From: Candidatus Omnitrophota bacterium
GTDB lineage: Bacteria > Omnitrophota > Gorgyraeia > Pluralincolimonadales > Pluralincolimonadaceae
Reading direction: 5' to 3'
Assembly: GCA_003141835.1 (NCBI GenBank)
Contig: PLNR01000005.1
Location: 1 to 51,107, forward strand
Length of the DNA stretch: 51,107 nt
The notes beneath the pieces were generated by a model, which was not told where the DNA came from, made no database searches, and saw only the letters and a list, made by a program, of their open reading frames with translations. Of this stretch, positions 8,001 through 16,978 are shown one piece after another. How positions within the stretch are numbered: the first letter of the stretch is position 1; each line of letters begins with the position of its first letter. Made by a program: the position numbers and the translations under genes.

Positions 8001-9344
8001 ATGGGAATGATAAAGTTGTTCAAACGTCCGCAGTTCTGGTTTCTTGCGGCCTTCCTGCTCTTCACGATAGCCGCGACAGTAGTGGCTGCGGCAGAAGCCG
8101 CTCCCGCGCCTAAGGTAGATTCCGGTGATACAGCATGGCTCCTCACTTCGGCGGCGTTAGTCCTGCTCATGACGCCGGGACTGGCATTCTTCTACGGCGG
8201 ACTGGTCCGCCGCAAGAACGTACTTTCATTATTGATGCAGTGTTTTATGCTCATGTGCCTCATCACGATGCAGTGGGCCTTGTTCGGTTACAGCCTTGCC
8301 TTCGGGCCTGACATAAAAGGTATCATAGGCAGCCTCGGGTGGTTCGGGCTCAAAGGAGTGGGGCTTGAACCGTATCCGGCCTATGCCGCGACCGTCCCTC
8401 ATCAGGCATTCATGATATTCCAGGCGATGTTTGCCATAATAACTCCCGGCCTAATATGCGGCGCATTCGCCGAGAGGATGAAATTCTCGACGTTCTGCGT
8501 ATTCACGCTTATCTGGGCGACCCTCGTATACGATCCGGTCTGCCACTGGGTATGGGGCGCCGGCGGGTTCCTTAAGGCCGCAGGAGTGCTTGATTTTGCC
8601 GGCGGTATCGTCGTCCACATCAATGCCGGCGTGGCGGCATTAGCATGCGCCCTCGTATTGGGGAAACGTAAAGGCTATCCCGACAAGATATCCCCGCCGC
8701 ACAACCTGCCGTTCGCAGTCTTGGGGGCAGGCCTGCTCTGGTTCGGATGGTTCGGGTTCAACGCAGGGAGCGCGCTCACATCAGGCGCACTGGCGACAAG
8801 CGCTTTTGTGAATACCCAGTTTGCCGGCGCGGCCGCAGGCCTGACCTGGGCCCTCCTTGACTGGATATTCAATTCCCGTTCGACGGTCTTAGGCATCATA
8901 ACCGGAGCTGTCGGCGGCCTCGCCGCGGTGACCCCTGCCTCGGGTTTTATAACTCCCATAGGCGCAATATGGATAGGGATCGTCGTTTCGGCATTATGCT
9001 ACATGGCGGTCGCGATATTGAAAAATAAATTGGGCTACGACGATTCGCTCGACGCTTTCGGCGTCCACGGCATCGGCGGAATGTGGGGGACGCTGGCTGC
9101 CGGCCTCTGGGCGACAACCATGGTCAATCCTGCCGGCGCGAACGGCCTTTTTTACGGCAACCCGGCGCAGTTCTTCATCCAGTTAAAGGCCGTGGTAATA
9201 ACTTCCGTATATTCATTTGTCATGACTTTTGTGATCCTTAAGGTCCTCAACGCGGTTATGGGCGTGCGCGCCTCGGAGCAGGACGAGCGCATCGGCCTCG
9301 ACCTTACGCAACACCGTGAAGCCGGCTACACGATCTTAGATTAA
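8001..9344 (+). CDS. amtB: Ammonium transporter, copy 2
   Basis: Same Amt motifs as copy 1; close paralogue of 6106-7443. Confidence 0.97.
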   Translation: MGMIKLFKRPQFWFLAAFLLFTIAATVVAAAEAAPAPKVDSGDTAWLLTSAALVLLMTPGLAFFYGGLVRRKNVLSLLMQCFMLMCLITMQWALFGYSLAFGPDIKGIIGSLGWFGLKGVGLEPYPAYAATVPHQAFMIFQAMFAIITPGLICGAFAERMKFSTFCVFTLIWATLVYDPVCHWVWGAGGFLKAAGVLDFAGGIVVHINAGVAALACALVLGKRKGYPDKISPPHNLPFAVLGAGLLWFGWFGFNAGSALTSGALATSAFVNTQFAGAAAGLTWALLDWIFNSRSTVLGIITGAVGGLAAVTPASGFITPIGAIWIGIVVSALCYMAVAILKNKLGYDDSLDAFGVHGIGGMWGTLAAGLWATTMVNPAGANGLFYGNPAQFFIQLKAVVITSVYSFVMTFVILKVLNAVMGVRASEQDERIGLDLTQHREAGYTILD

Positions 9345-9353
9345 GGAGGAACC

Positions 9354-9695
9354 ATGAAATATATTATTGCTATAATCCAGCCTGACAGGCTAGATGATGT
9401 GTTGACGAAATTGGAAGAAAAGGAGATACACCTGGTGACCGTGACCAGCGTGATGGGCCGCGGCCGCCAGAAAGGCATCTCCGAGGTCTACAGGAGCCAT
9501 AAGGAGGCGGGCAGCCTGCTTAAAAAGGTAAAGCTGGAGATCGCCGTGAATGACGATTTCGTAAAACCTGCGGTAGAGGCGATAAAGTCAGGCGCGCGCA
9601 CAGGCCACGTCGGCGACGGCAAGATATTCATCCTCGACCTGCAGGAAGCCATCCGCATCCGCACGGGCGAGAAGGGCGGCCCGGCGATAGGATAA
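9354..9695 (+). CDS. glnK: PII protein, amtB-linked copy 2
   Basis: PII motifs; near-identical to 7452-7793. Confidence 0.9.
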   Translation: MKYIIAIIQPDRLDDVLTKLEEKEIHLVTVTSVMGRGRQKGISEVYRSHKEAGSLLKKVKLEIAVNDDFVKPAVEAIKSGARTGHVGDGKIFILDLQEAIRIRTGEKGGPAIG

Positions 9696-9787
9696 TGTGT
9701 ATTTCGAAATGCCGACCGGACAATCAGGTTCGCGCAGAGCCGATTTATGACGCAGTTGCTATCGGTCGAAGCGAGTAATAAATAAGG

Positions 9788-9853
9788 CCAAGCGAACTGA
9801 TTGTCGGGGAGAGAGATTGAGATTTAACATCCGTGTAATATGGATTTAACATT
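9788..9853 (+). repeat. Intergenic direct repeat, copy 2 (copy 1 at 7827-7890)
   Basis: Direct sequence comparison with 7827-7890. Confidence 0.9.
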
Positions 9854-9866
9854 GGGGCTGTATACT
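9824..9866 (+). promoter_or_regulatory. glnA promoter with 11-bp-periodic boxes
   Basis: TTAAC 9824, GTAAT 9835, TTAAC 9846; TATACT 9861-9866. Confidence 0.7.
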
Positions 9867-9899
9867 TTTGGCATAAAATAAAAAGGGAGGTAAGCCAGC

Positions 9900-11411
9900 A
9901 TGAAAGGGAAAGCAGTAAAGAAGGGGGCAGCGGAAGTGAAGACAAAAAATCCGCTCGTGAACGGCGCGTTCGACGAAAAGGCCGCGCGCGACGTGATGAA
10001 GATGGTGAAGGAAAAGAAGATCGATATAATCGATCTTAAGTTCAACGACCTGCCGGGGTTGTGGCAGCATTTCTCGATACCGGCTTCGGAATTGCTCGAG
10101 ATGGATGATATAACACGCTCCATCTGGGTCGATGGCATCGGGTTCGACGGCTCCTCGATCCGCGGTTTCCAGAAGATACAGGAATCGGACATGATCATGA
10201 TACCGGACCCGGCTACCGCGGTCATCGACCCCATATGCGAGGTCCCGACCTTAAGCATTATCTGCGATATTTACGACCCGTTGACGCGTAAACCGTATTC
10301 ACGCGATCCGCGTTATATCGCGAAGAAAGCTGAGAAATACCTCAAAGAAACCGGCATAGCCGACTCGATCTATTTCGGCCCCGAAGCCGAGTTCTTCCTT
10401 TTTAACGACGTCCGTTTCGACCAGAACGAGAATTCCGGTTATTACTATATCGATTCGGATGAAGCCGACTGGAACACCGGGCGCAAGGAAGACCCGAACT
10501 TAGGGTATAAGATCCGTTTCAAGGAAGGGTATTTCCCTGTCCCGCCGCACGATACGCTCCAGGATCTAAGGAGCCGCATGATCTTGAAGATGAAGGAAGC
10601 GGGAGTGACCATAGAGGTTCATCATCACGAGGTTGCCACAGCCGGACAATGCGAGATCGACATCAAATTCGATAAACTGACCAAGATGGCCGACAAACTT
10701 TTGATGTACAAATACATCATAAAGAACATGGCCAGGAAGAACGGCATGGTAGCGACATTCATGCCGAAGCCGCTCTTCGCGGACAACGGTTCGGGAATGC
10801 ATTGCCACCAGAGCCTCTGGAAAAACGGCGTCAACCTCTTCTACGACAAGAACGGCTACGCGCTCATAAGCCAGACCGCCAAATATTACATCGGCGGCCT
10901 GTTAAAGCACGCGAACAGCCTTATGGCCTTCTGTGCCCCTACGACAAACTCTTATAAGAGATTGGTCCCGGGCTATGAAGCGCCTGTAAACCTTGTATAT
11001 TCGGCGCGCAACCGCTCGGCGGCCGTCCGCATACCGATGTACAGCGACAGCCCGAAATCCAAGAGGATCGAGTTCAGGCCTCCGGATCCGTCATGCAACG
11101 GCTACATCGCCTTCAGCGCCATGCTCATGGCCGGTTTGGACGGTATCATCAACAAGATCGATCCGGGCAAACCGACCGACAAGGACCTCTTCGAATTGAG
11201 CGGCGAAGAGATAGCCAAGATACCTACGGTGCCGTCATCGCTGAAGCGCGCGATGGATGCATTGGAAGCGGACCACGAGTACCTGCTTAGAGGCGGGGTA
11301 TTCACAAAGGATGTTATAGACATTTGGCTGGAATTCAAGAGGAAGAAAGAGATAGACGCGGTGAGAATGCGTCCGCATCCTTACGAGTTCTACCTCTATT
11401 TCGATATTTAA
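9900..11411 (+). CDS. glnA: Glutamine synthetase type I (GSI-beta-like)
   Basis: [60 protein letters not shown]. Carries the beta-type insertion. Confidence 0.97.
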   Translation: MKGKAVKKGAAEVKTKNPLVNGAFDEKAARDVMKMVKEKKIDIIDLKFNDLPGLWQHFSIPASELLEMDDITRSIWVDGIGFDGSSIRGFQKIQESDMIMIPDPATAVIDPICEVPTLSIICDIYDPLTRKPYSRDPRYIAKKAEKYLKETGIADSIYFGPEAEFFLFNDVRFDQNENSGYYYIDSDEADWNTGRKEDPNLGYKIRFKEGYFPVPPHDTLQDLRSRMILKMKEAGVTIEVHHHEVATAGQCEIDIKFDKLTKMADKLLMYKYIIKNMARKNGMVATFMPKPLFADNGSGMHCHQSLWKNGVNLFYDKNGYALISQTAKYYIGGLLKHANSLMAFCAPTTNSYKRLVPGYEAPVNLVYSARNRSAAVRIPMYSDSPKSKRIEFRPPDPSCNGYIAFSAMLMAGLDGIINKIDPGKPTDKDLFELSGEEIAKIPTVPSSLKRAMDALEADHEYLLRGGVFTKDVIDIWLEFKRKKEIDAVRMRPHPYEFYLYFDI

Positions 11412-11416
11412 GGGTA

Positions 11417-11438
11417 TGGTAGAGAGTCTACTCTACCA
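11417..11438. terminator. Hairpin between convergent genes
   Basis: TGGTAGAG-AGTCTA-CTCTACCA, 8-bp perfect stem between the two stop codons. No clear U-tract. Confidence 0.45.
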
Positions 11439-12284
11439 CTATTCGAGAGGCGGTTTATAAGTAGGGGCGGTTCCTAATTGATTGGCTGGCTGCCCACCCC
11501 CAATGTTGGGCGCAGGAGCTGCCCCTTCTTTTTTAGAGAAGGCCAGGTACCCCATAGTAAATAATCCTACGACGGGAATGATCGTAATAACCCCGATCCA
11601 TCCCTCCTTGCCGCGCGCCAAAGCGATCCTGAACCAGATGAAACCGAAGAGGAACAGGTCGCATATCGGCGCCAAGAAAGCTCCCAGTATCGGCACAAAC
11701 CCGGTAAGGAGCAACAATAGCCAAACATATCTTACGTTCCCTATCTTGCATGCCAGGAAGAGGTTCGCAATGGGTATCCATGCCATCCAGCCGTTTTGGG
11801 TATCCGTTTTCCTTGCGATGGCCTGGAGGCATACGGCAGAATAGATATAAAAGATCAGGCAGGCGATTATTATGACCCCGAGGAATGCCATTATGATGGC
11901 GGCTAACACGACCTTGCTTTCTTTATCCGGTAATTTGATCTTAGGGGTTTCTGTGACGGAAAGGCCCGATAATTTTTCTTCCTGGGACGGGCTTAGAGGT
12001 GTCACGGCTTCAGCCACCGGCGGGACAGTCTCGACGGTTTCGGCCTGAGGCGCGGGCGATGCTTCCGCAGGTTTAAGGTCCACCGCCTGCCCGTTTATCT
12101 CCCGTATGTCGGCGAGGTCATAAGTCATCTCGGTTACGCCGTAAAGGTCTACGGTCACGGAATTATTGGTTATCGCCTTGATATTCCCTTCGACCTTCTT
12201 GCCGGACCTGAAAGTTACCGTATCCGCCCACGCGTTCACCGTTAAAAGCGCAATCGCCGCGCACACTAAGAGTATCTTTTTCAT
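11439..12284 (-). CDS. Membrane protein: signal peptide, small periplasmic domain, DUF5684-like C-terminal TM region
   Basis: MKKILLVCAAIALLTVNAWA, Pro/Ala/Glu linker, then IARKT...GWMAWIPIANL...GYLAFS. Confidence 0.7.
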   Translation of the reverse strand: MKKILLVCAAIALLTVNAWADTVTFRSGKKVEGNIKAITNNSVTVDLYGVTEMTYDLADIREINGQAVDLKPAEASPAPQAETVETVPPVAEAVTPLSPSQEEKLSGLSVTETPKIKLPDKESKVVLAAIIMAFLGVIIIACLIFYIYSAVCLQAIARKTDTQNGWMAWIPIANLFLACKIGNVRYVWLLLLLTGFVPILGAFLAPICDLFLFGFIWFRIALARGKEGWIGVITIIPVVGLFTMGYLAFSKKEGAAPAPNIGGGQPANQLGTAPTYKPPLE

Positions 12285-12358
12285 TGTTACCCCCTATATA
12301 CCTAAATTGTATCCAAACTTACCCCCAAAGGCAAGGATTATCGTCAAAAAATCTTTTC

Positions 12359-12386
12359 TTGCATTTTCAGGAAAGTTTGGTATAAT
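12359..12386 (+). promoter_or_regulatory. Sigma70-type promoter for nadE-glnA2-ANTAR
   Basis: TTGCAT-16 bp-TATAAT with extended -10 TG. Confidence 0.6.
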
Positions 12387-12405
12387 AGGGGGCTAAATTA
12401 GCGAG

Positions 12406-14124
12406 GTGAAAATGGATCCGATCCGCTTTGGCATAGCCCAAATAAACCCCACCGTGGGTAACCTTCAGGGCAATAAAGAGAAGATAATAAAGTGCATAAG
12501 TGACGCAAGATCATTGGGTTGCGACATCGTTATCCTCCCGGAGCTCGCTATAACCGGCTATCCGCCGGAAGACCTCCTCCTAAAGCCCCAGTTTGCCGAT
12601 GACGCCATGAAGATCCTTAATGAGATAGCCCATAAGACCGATAATATCATAGTGATCCTGGGTTGCCTGGACAAGACCAAGGACGGGATCTATAATTCGG
12701 CCGCTCTTATCCGCGACAAGGAACTTATCCATATATATCATAAGATACTGCTCCCGAATTACGGCGTTTTTGACGAAAAGAGGTATTTCAGGGCCGGCAA
12801 CGAGTCCTTTGCGTTCAAATTCGAGGGGCTTAAGATCGGCCTGAATATCTGCGAGGATATCTGGGATGGCAGCGGACCGGCCAGTTTCGAGGCTGTCGAT
12901 ATGGGCGCGCAGGTCATAATAAATATTTCAGCCTCTCCTTACCACGCCGGCAAGCTGCATGCCCGCGAGAAGATGCTTGTCGAAAGGGCGCAGCAGACCG
13001 CCTCGATAATCCTTTATGACAACCTCGTAGGCGGGCAGGATGAGCTCGTATTCGACGGCGGTAGCATGGTAATAGGCTGGAAGGGCAGCATTCTCGCACG
13101 CGGGAAACAATTTGAAGAGGACATAGCGCTCTTCGACCTCAATCCCGAGGAATACCTTAAATACAGGAAGGTGCCGGCCAGGAAGCCGGCCGTAAATAAT
13201 TACAGGGCCAAGGAACTTTCCCTTAAGAGATGCGAAGTGAAGATAAGGCCGCCTTTCCCGCCGCGCCGCCTTGAGAAATTAGGCAGCGTAGAGGAGATAT
13301 ACAAGGCGCTTGTCCTGGGCACCAGGGATTATATGACTAAGAACGGGTTCAAGAAGGCGGTAGTCGGAGTGAGCGGGGGAATAGATTCGGCCCTGACCGC
13401 CTGCATAGCCGTAGACGCGCTCGGCAAGGACAATGTCGCGGCCGTGACGATGCCTTCGATGTACACAAAAGAAGAGACCCGCGCCGACGCTGTCGCCGTC
13501 GCAAAAAACCTCGGCCTGAAGACGATAACCATACCCATAAATACCATCCACCTGGCGTATACGCGCATGCTTAAAAAGGAGTTCAAGGACTCCAAGGTCG
13601 ACATAACCGAGGAGAACCTGCAGGCGAGGATACGCGGCAACATCCTTATGGCGCTTTCGAATAAATTCAACTGGCTCGTCCTGACGACCGGCAATAAGAG
13701 TGAGATGTCGGTGGGTTACTGCACCCTTTACGGCGATATGGCCGGCGGTTTCGCGGTACTGAAGGATGTCCTGAAGACCGTAGTCTACCAGTTGTCTGAA
13801 TACAGGAACGCAATCGCCGGGAAAGAGGTCATCCCGGTCACGACGATAAAGAGGGCTCCGACCGCCGAATTGAAACCCAACCAGAAAGACCAGGACACGC
13901 TTCCGCCTTATCACGTGCTTGATGGCATACTGAAACTTTATGTCGAGGAAGACAAGTCGGCTGGCGAGATCGTCGCCCAGCGTTTCGACGCTAAGGTCGT
14001 GAAGAAGGTCATCTCGATGGTCGATAAGAGCGAGTATAAAAGGCGCCAGAGCCCGCCCGGGGTCAAGATAACCCCGAAGGCCTTCGGCAAGGACCGCAGG
14101 GTGCCCATAACAAACAGATATTAA
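12406..14124 (+). CDS. nadE: Glutamine-dependent NAD+ synthetase
   Basis: Nitrilase domain (PELAITGYPPEDL, LPNYGVFDEKRYF, ICEDIW) plus synthetase domain (GVSGGIDS, ENLQARIRG, TGNKSE, EYKRRQ). Confidence 0.97.
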   Translation: MKMDPIRFGIAQINPTVGNLQGNKEKIIKCISDARSLGCDIVILPELAITGYPPEDLLLKPQFADDAMKILNEIAHKTDNIIVILGCLDKTKDGIYNSAALIRDKELIHIYHKILLPNYGVFDEKRYFRAGNESFAFKFEGLKIGLNICEDIWDGSGPASFEAVDMGAQVIINISASPYHAGKLHAREKMLVERAQQTASIILYDNLVGGQDELVFDGGSMVIGWKGSILARGKQFEEDIALFDLNPEEYLKYRKVPARKPAVNNYRAKELSLKRCEVKIRPPFPPRRLEKLGSVEEIYKALVLGTRDYMTKNGFKKAVVGVSGGIDSALTACIAVDALGKDNVAAVTMPSMYTKEETRADAVAVAKNLGLKTITIPINTIHLAYTRMLKKEFKDSKVDITEENLQARIRGNILMALSNKFNWLVLTTGNKSEMSVGYCTLYGDMAGGFAVLKDVLKTVVYQLSEYRNAIAGKEVIPVTTIKRAPTAELKPNQKDQDTLPPYHVLDGILKLYVEEDKSAGEIVAQRFDAKVVKKVISMVDKSEYKRRQSPPGVKITPKAFGKDRRVPITNRY

Positions 14125-14138
14125 AAAAGGAGAAAGAG

Positions 14139-15479
14139 ATGGCAGCCAAATCGATCAAGGACAAAGAATATGTATTAAAGATGGCCAAGGAGGCCAACGT
14201 AAAGTTCATCAGGCTGTGGTTCACCGACATCCTGGGATTTGTAAAATCTTTCGCAATAACGGTAGAGGAGCTCGAAGGGGCGCTCGAAGAGGGCATGGGA
14301 TTTGACGGTTCCTCTATCGAGGGTTTCGCGCGCATAGACGAGTCGGACATGATGGCGCGGCCCGACCCAAGCACTTTCGTACTTCTTCCCTGGAGGCCGA
14401 AGGACGAATTCGCCGTCGCCAGGATGTTCTGCGATATCGTCCGGCCTGACGGTTCGCCTTTCGAGGGGGACCCGAGATATATATTGAAGCAGAACCTGAA
14501 GCGCGCGGCGAAACTCGGATTCACTTTTTACGTCGGGCCCGAGCTGGAGTTCTTCTATTTCAAGGATAATAAAGGGACCGAGCCGCTAGACGCGGGCGGG
14601 TATTTCGACCTTATACCGCCTGACCCGGCATCGGATTTGAGGCGCGATACGGTCCTCATGCTCGAGGCGATGGGCATAGGCGTCGAATACAGCCATCACG
14701 AAGTCGCGCCGAGCCAGCACGAGATAGACTTAAGATATACCGACGCGCTCACGATGGCGGATGCGGCGATGACATACCGCGTCGTCGTCAAGGAGGTCGC
14801 CCAGCGCTACGGTTATTACGCGACGTTCATGCCCAAGCCGGTGTACGGGGTGAATGGGTCGGGCATGCACGTCCACCAGTCGCTCTTTAAGGGCGACAAG
14901 AACGCCTTCTTTGAAGCGAAGGATAAATACCATCTTTCAAAGCTGGCAAAGAACTATATCGCAGGCCTGCTCAAGCATTCGCGCGAGATAACCTCGGTCA
15001 CGAGCCAGTGGGTCAACTCATACAAGAGGCTCGTCCCGGGCTATGAGGCGCCGGTATACATCGCGTGGGCAAAGAGGAACCGCTCGACGCTGGTAAGGAT
15101 ACCCGAATACAAGCCCGGAAAAGAGAAGGCGACGCGCGTAGAATACCGCTCGCCGGACCCCGCGTGCAATCCTTATCTTGCGTTCAGTGTCATGCTTGCC
15201 GCGGGACTAGAGGGCATTGAGAAGAATTACGAGCTAATCCCTCCGACCGAAGAGAACGTCTTTGAATTGACGCCGGAAGAGAGGACGAAGCGCGGGATAA
15301 GGCCGTTACCCGGCGACCTTTATGAGGCTATATGCGAAACCGAGAAGAGTTCCGTGGTAAGGAAAGCCCTCGGCGAGCACGCCTTCCGTTCGTTTATCGA
15401 GAACAAGAAGATAGAGTGGGATAAATACAGGGCCCGCGTCACCGATTATGAGTTAAAGGAATACCTTTCGATATTATGA
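14139..15479 (+). CDS. glnA: Glutamine synthetase type I (GSI-alpha-like), second copy
   Basis: [50 protein letters not shown]. 446 aa, lacking the beta insertion. Confidence 0.92.
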   Translation: MAAKSIKDKEYVLKMAKEANVKFIRLWFTDILGFVKSFAITVEELEGALEEGMGFDGSSIEGFARIDESDMMARPDPSTFVLLPWRPKDEFAVARMFCDIVRPDGSPFEGDPRYILKQNLKRAAKLGFTFYVGPELEFFYFKDNKGTEPLDAGGYFDLIPPDPASDLRRDTVLMLEAMGIGVEYSHHEVAPSQHEIDLRYTDALTMADAAMTYRVVVKEVAQRYGYYATFMPKPVYGVNGSGMHVHQSLFKGDKNAFFEAKDKYHLSKLAKNYIAGLLKHSREITSVTSQWVNSYKRLVPGYEAPVYIAWAKRNRSTLVRIPEYKPGKEKATRVEYRSPDPACNPYLAFSVMLAAGLEGIEKNYELIPPTEENVFELTPEERTKRGIRPLPGDLYEAICETEKSSVVRKALGEHAFRSFIENKKIEWDKYRARVTDYELKEYLSIL

Positions 15480-16207
15480 CGCGTAAACCCGCGGCCAAAA
15501 GCCCGAAATCGCAGTCGTCATACGAGAAACAGATAGAGGCGTTATCGAAAATAAGCCAGACGATAGCCTCAAACCTTTACCTGGAAGACGTCCTGCGCCT
15601 TATAGTCATGGTCACGGCCGAGGTGATGAACTCAAAAATATGCTCGCTCATGCTCGTGGACGAGGAGAAGGGCGAACTTGTCATACGCGCTACCCAGAGC
15701 GTCAGCGAAGCGTATAACAAGAAACCCAACATGAAGATAGGCGCCGGGATAGCCGGGAAGGCCGCCAAGGAAGGAAAGCCGATCCAGGTATCGGATGTCC
15801 GCGGCGACCCGCGTTACCTGAACAGGGATATCGCCAAAAGCGAGAAGCTCTGCTCGCTCCTCTCGATGCCGATGACGGTGAAAGGGAAGGTCATAGGCGT
15901 CCTGAACGTCTATACATCGACGCCCCATATCTTTACTCGGAATGAGATAAACGTCCTGACTTCGGTCGCCAACCAGGCGGCAGTCGCCATAGAGAACGCC
16001 CAGCTGATGGTCAGGTCCAAGGTAATACAGGAGGAGCTCGAGGCCCGCAAGATGGTCGAGAGGGCGAAGGGGATACTGATGCGCAGGGGCATGGCCGAGG
16101 AAGACGCTTTCAGGAAGATACAGAAACAGGCGATGAGCCTGCGCAAGACGATGAAGCAGATCGCCGAAGCTATAATACTGACCGACGAGCTGGAGCGGGA
16201 CAAGTAG
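15476..16207 (+). CDS. GAF + ANTAR domain RNA-binding regulator
   Basis: GAF (GIAGKAA...VIGVLNV...VANQAAVAIENA) followed by ANTAR (RKMVERAKGILM..EEDAFRKIQKQAMSLRKTMKQIAEAII). Confidence 0.92.
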   Translation: MTRKPAAKSPKSQSSYEKQIEALSKISQTIASNLYLEDVLRLIVMVTAEVMNSKICSLMLVDEEKGELVIRATQSVSEAYNKKPNMKIGAGIAGKAAKEGKPIQVSDVRGDPRYLNRDIAKSEKLCSLLSMPMTVKGKVIGVLNVYTSTPHIFTRNEINVLTSVANQAAVAIENAQLMVRSKVIQEELEARKMVERAKGILMRRGMAEEDAFRKIQKQAMSLRKTMKQIAEAIILTDELERDK

Positions 16208-16212
16208 CCCTA

Positions 16213-16241
16213 TTGACTTTAATAAGTTTTTATAATATAAT
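16213..16241 (+). promoter_or_regulatory. Sigma70-type promoter for the glycan locus
   Basis: TTGACT-17 bp-TATAAT. Confidence 0.7.
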
Positions 16242-16300
16242 CGAAAAAAGATTTTTTCAAGTCTGGCTGAACTTTAACCCAAAAAACGAAGGAGATTAAC

Positions 16301-16972
16301 GTGAAAAGAACTCTTTTTGCCTTGGGAATGTCGGTTTTGTTCGTTATGACGTTATCGGCATGCGGGCAGAAGACCGCAGTTTCGCAGAAAACCGAGGCCT
16401 CTAAGGCCGAGGCCCAGCGGGCCGAAGTACCAGCCGTCCAGGCGCCCAAACCCGAGGCCAAGGAGATCATCCTGGCCGATTTCAACTCGGGAAAGAAACC
16501 CAATAATTTCGGCGGCGATTTTGGCGGATGGAACAAAGACCCGAATGATACGACCCAGGGCTGCAAGGACTCTTTTACTTCCGATGAGCGGTACGGGATG
16601 GAGGGTTTTTCCCTTCAGCTCGATTATGATGTTGATTCCCCGAATCCCGCGTACAACGGTTTCTGGATGAAATTGGGAAATTTCGACGCGACGCCTTATA
16701 GCAAGCTCGTTTTTTACGTCAAGGGGGACGCGAAAATAGGATATCCCGCGAAATTCAAGATAGAGCTTAAGAACGCGAACGGAGAAACCGGAAAATATTA
16801 CGTGACGCAGATAAGCCCGACATGGGCGCCGGTAGAGGTGCCGTTCTCGAGTTTCGACGGTATAAAAGATTTCAGCAAATTGACCGAGTTTACCATCGTC
16901 TTTGAGGATTCCGTGACAAGGCCCAAGGTCGGCAGGATATACCTCGACAACATCGGCTTCGCGAAAGACTAA
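16301..16972 (+). CDS. Lipoprotein with a CBM11-like carbohydrate-binding module
   Basis: Lipobox LSAC. LADFNSG...LDYDV..YNGFWMKL..KLVFYVKG..GRIYLDNIGF jelly-roll pattern. Confidence 0.7.
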   Translation: MKRTLFALGMSVLFVMTLSACGQKTAVSQKTEASKAEAQRAEVPAVQAPKPEAKEIILADFNSGKKPNNFGGDFGGWNKDPNDTTQGCKDSFTSDERYGMEGFSLQLDYDVDSPNPAYNGFWMKLGNFDATPYSKLVFYVKGDAKIGYPAKFKIELKNANGETGKYYVTQISPTWAPVEVPFSSFDGIKDFSKLTEFTIVFEDSVTRPKVGRIYLDNIGFAKD

Positions 16973-16978
16973 AAACCC

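Noticed and set aside
9696-9810. glnA glutamine riboswitch call
   Set aside because: I cannot match the consensus by eye, and the element lies upstream of the predicted glnA promoter. Kept only as an unassigned structure.
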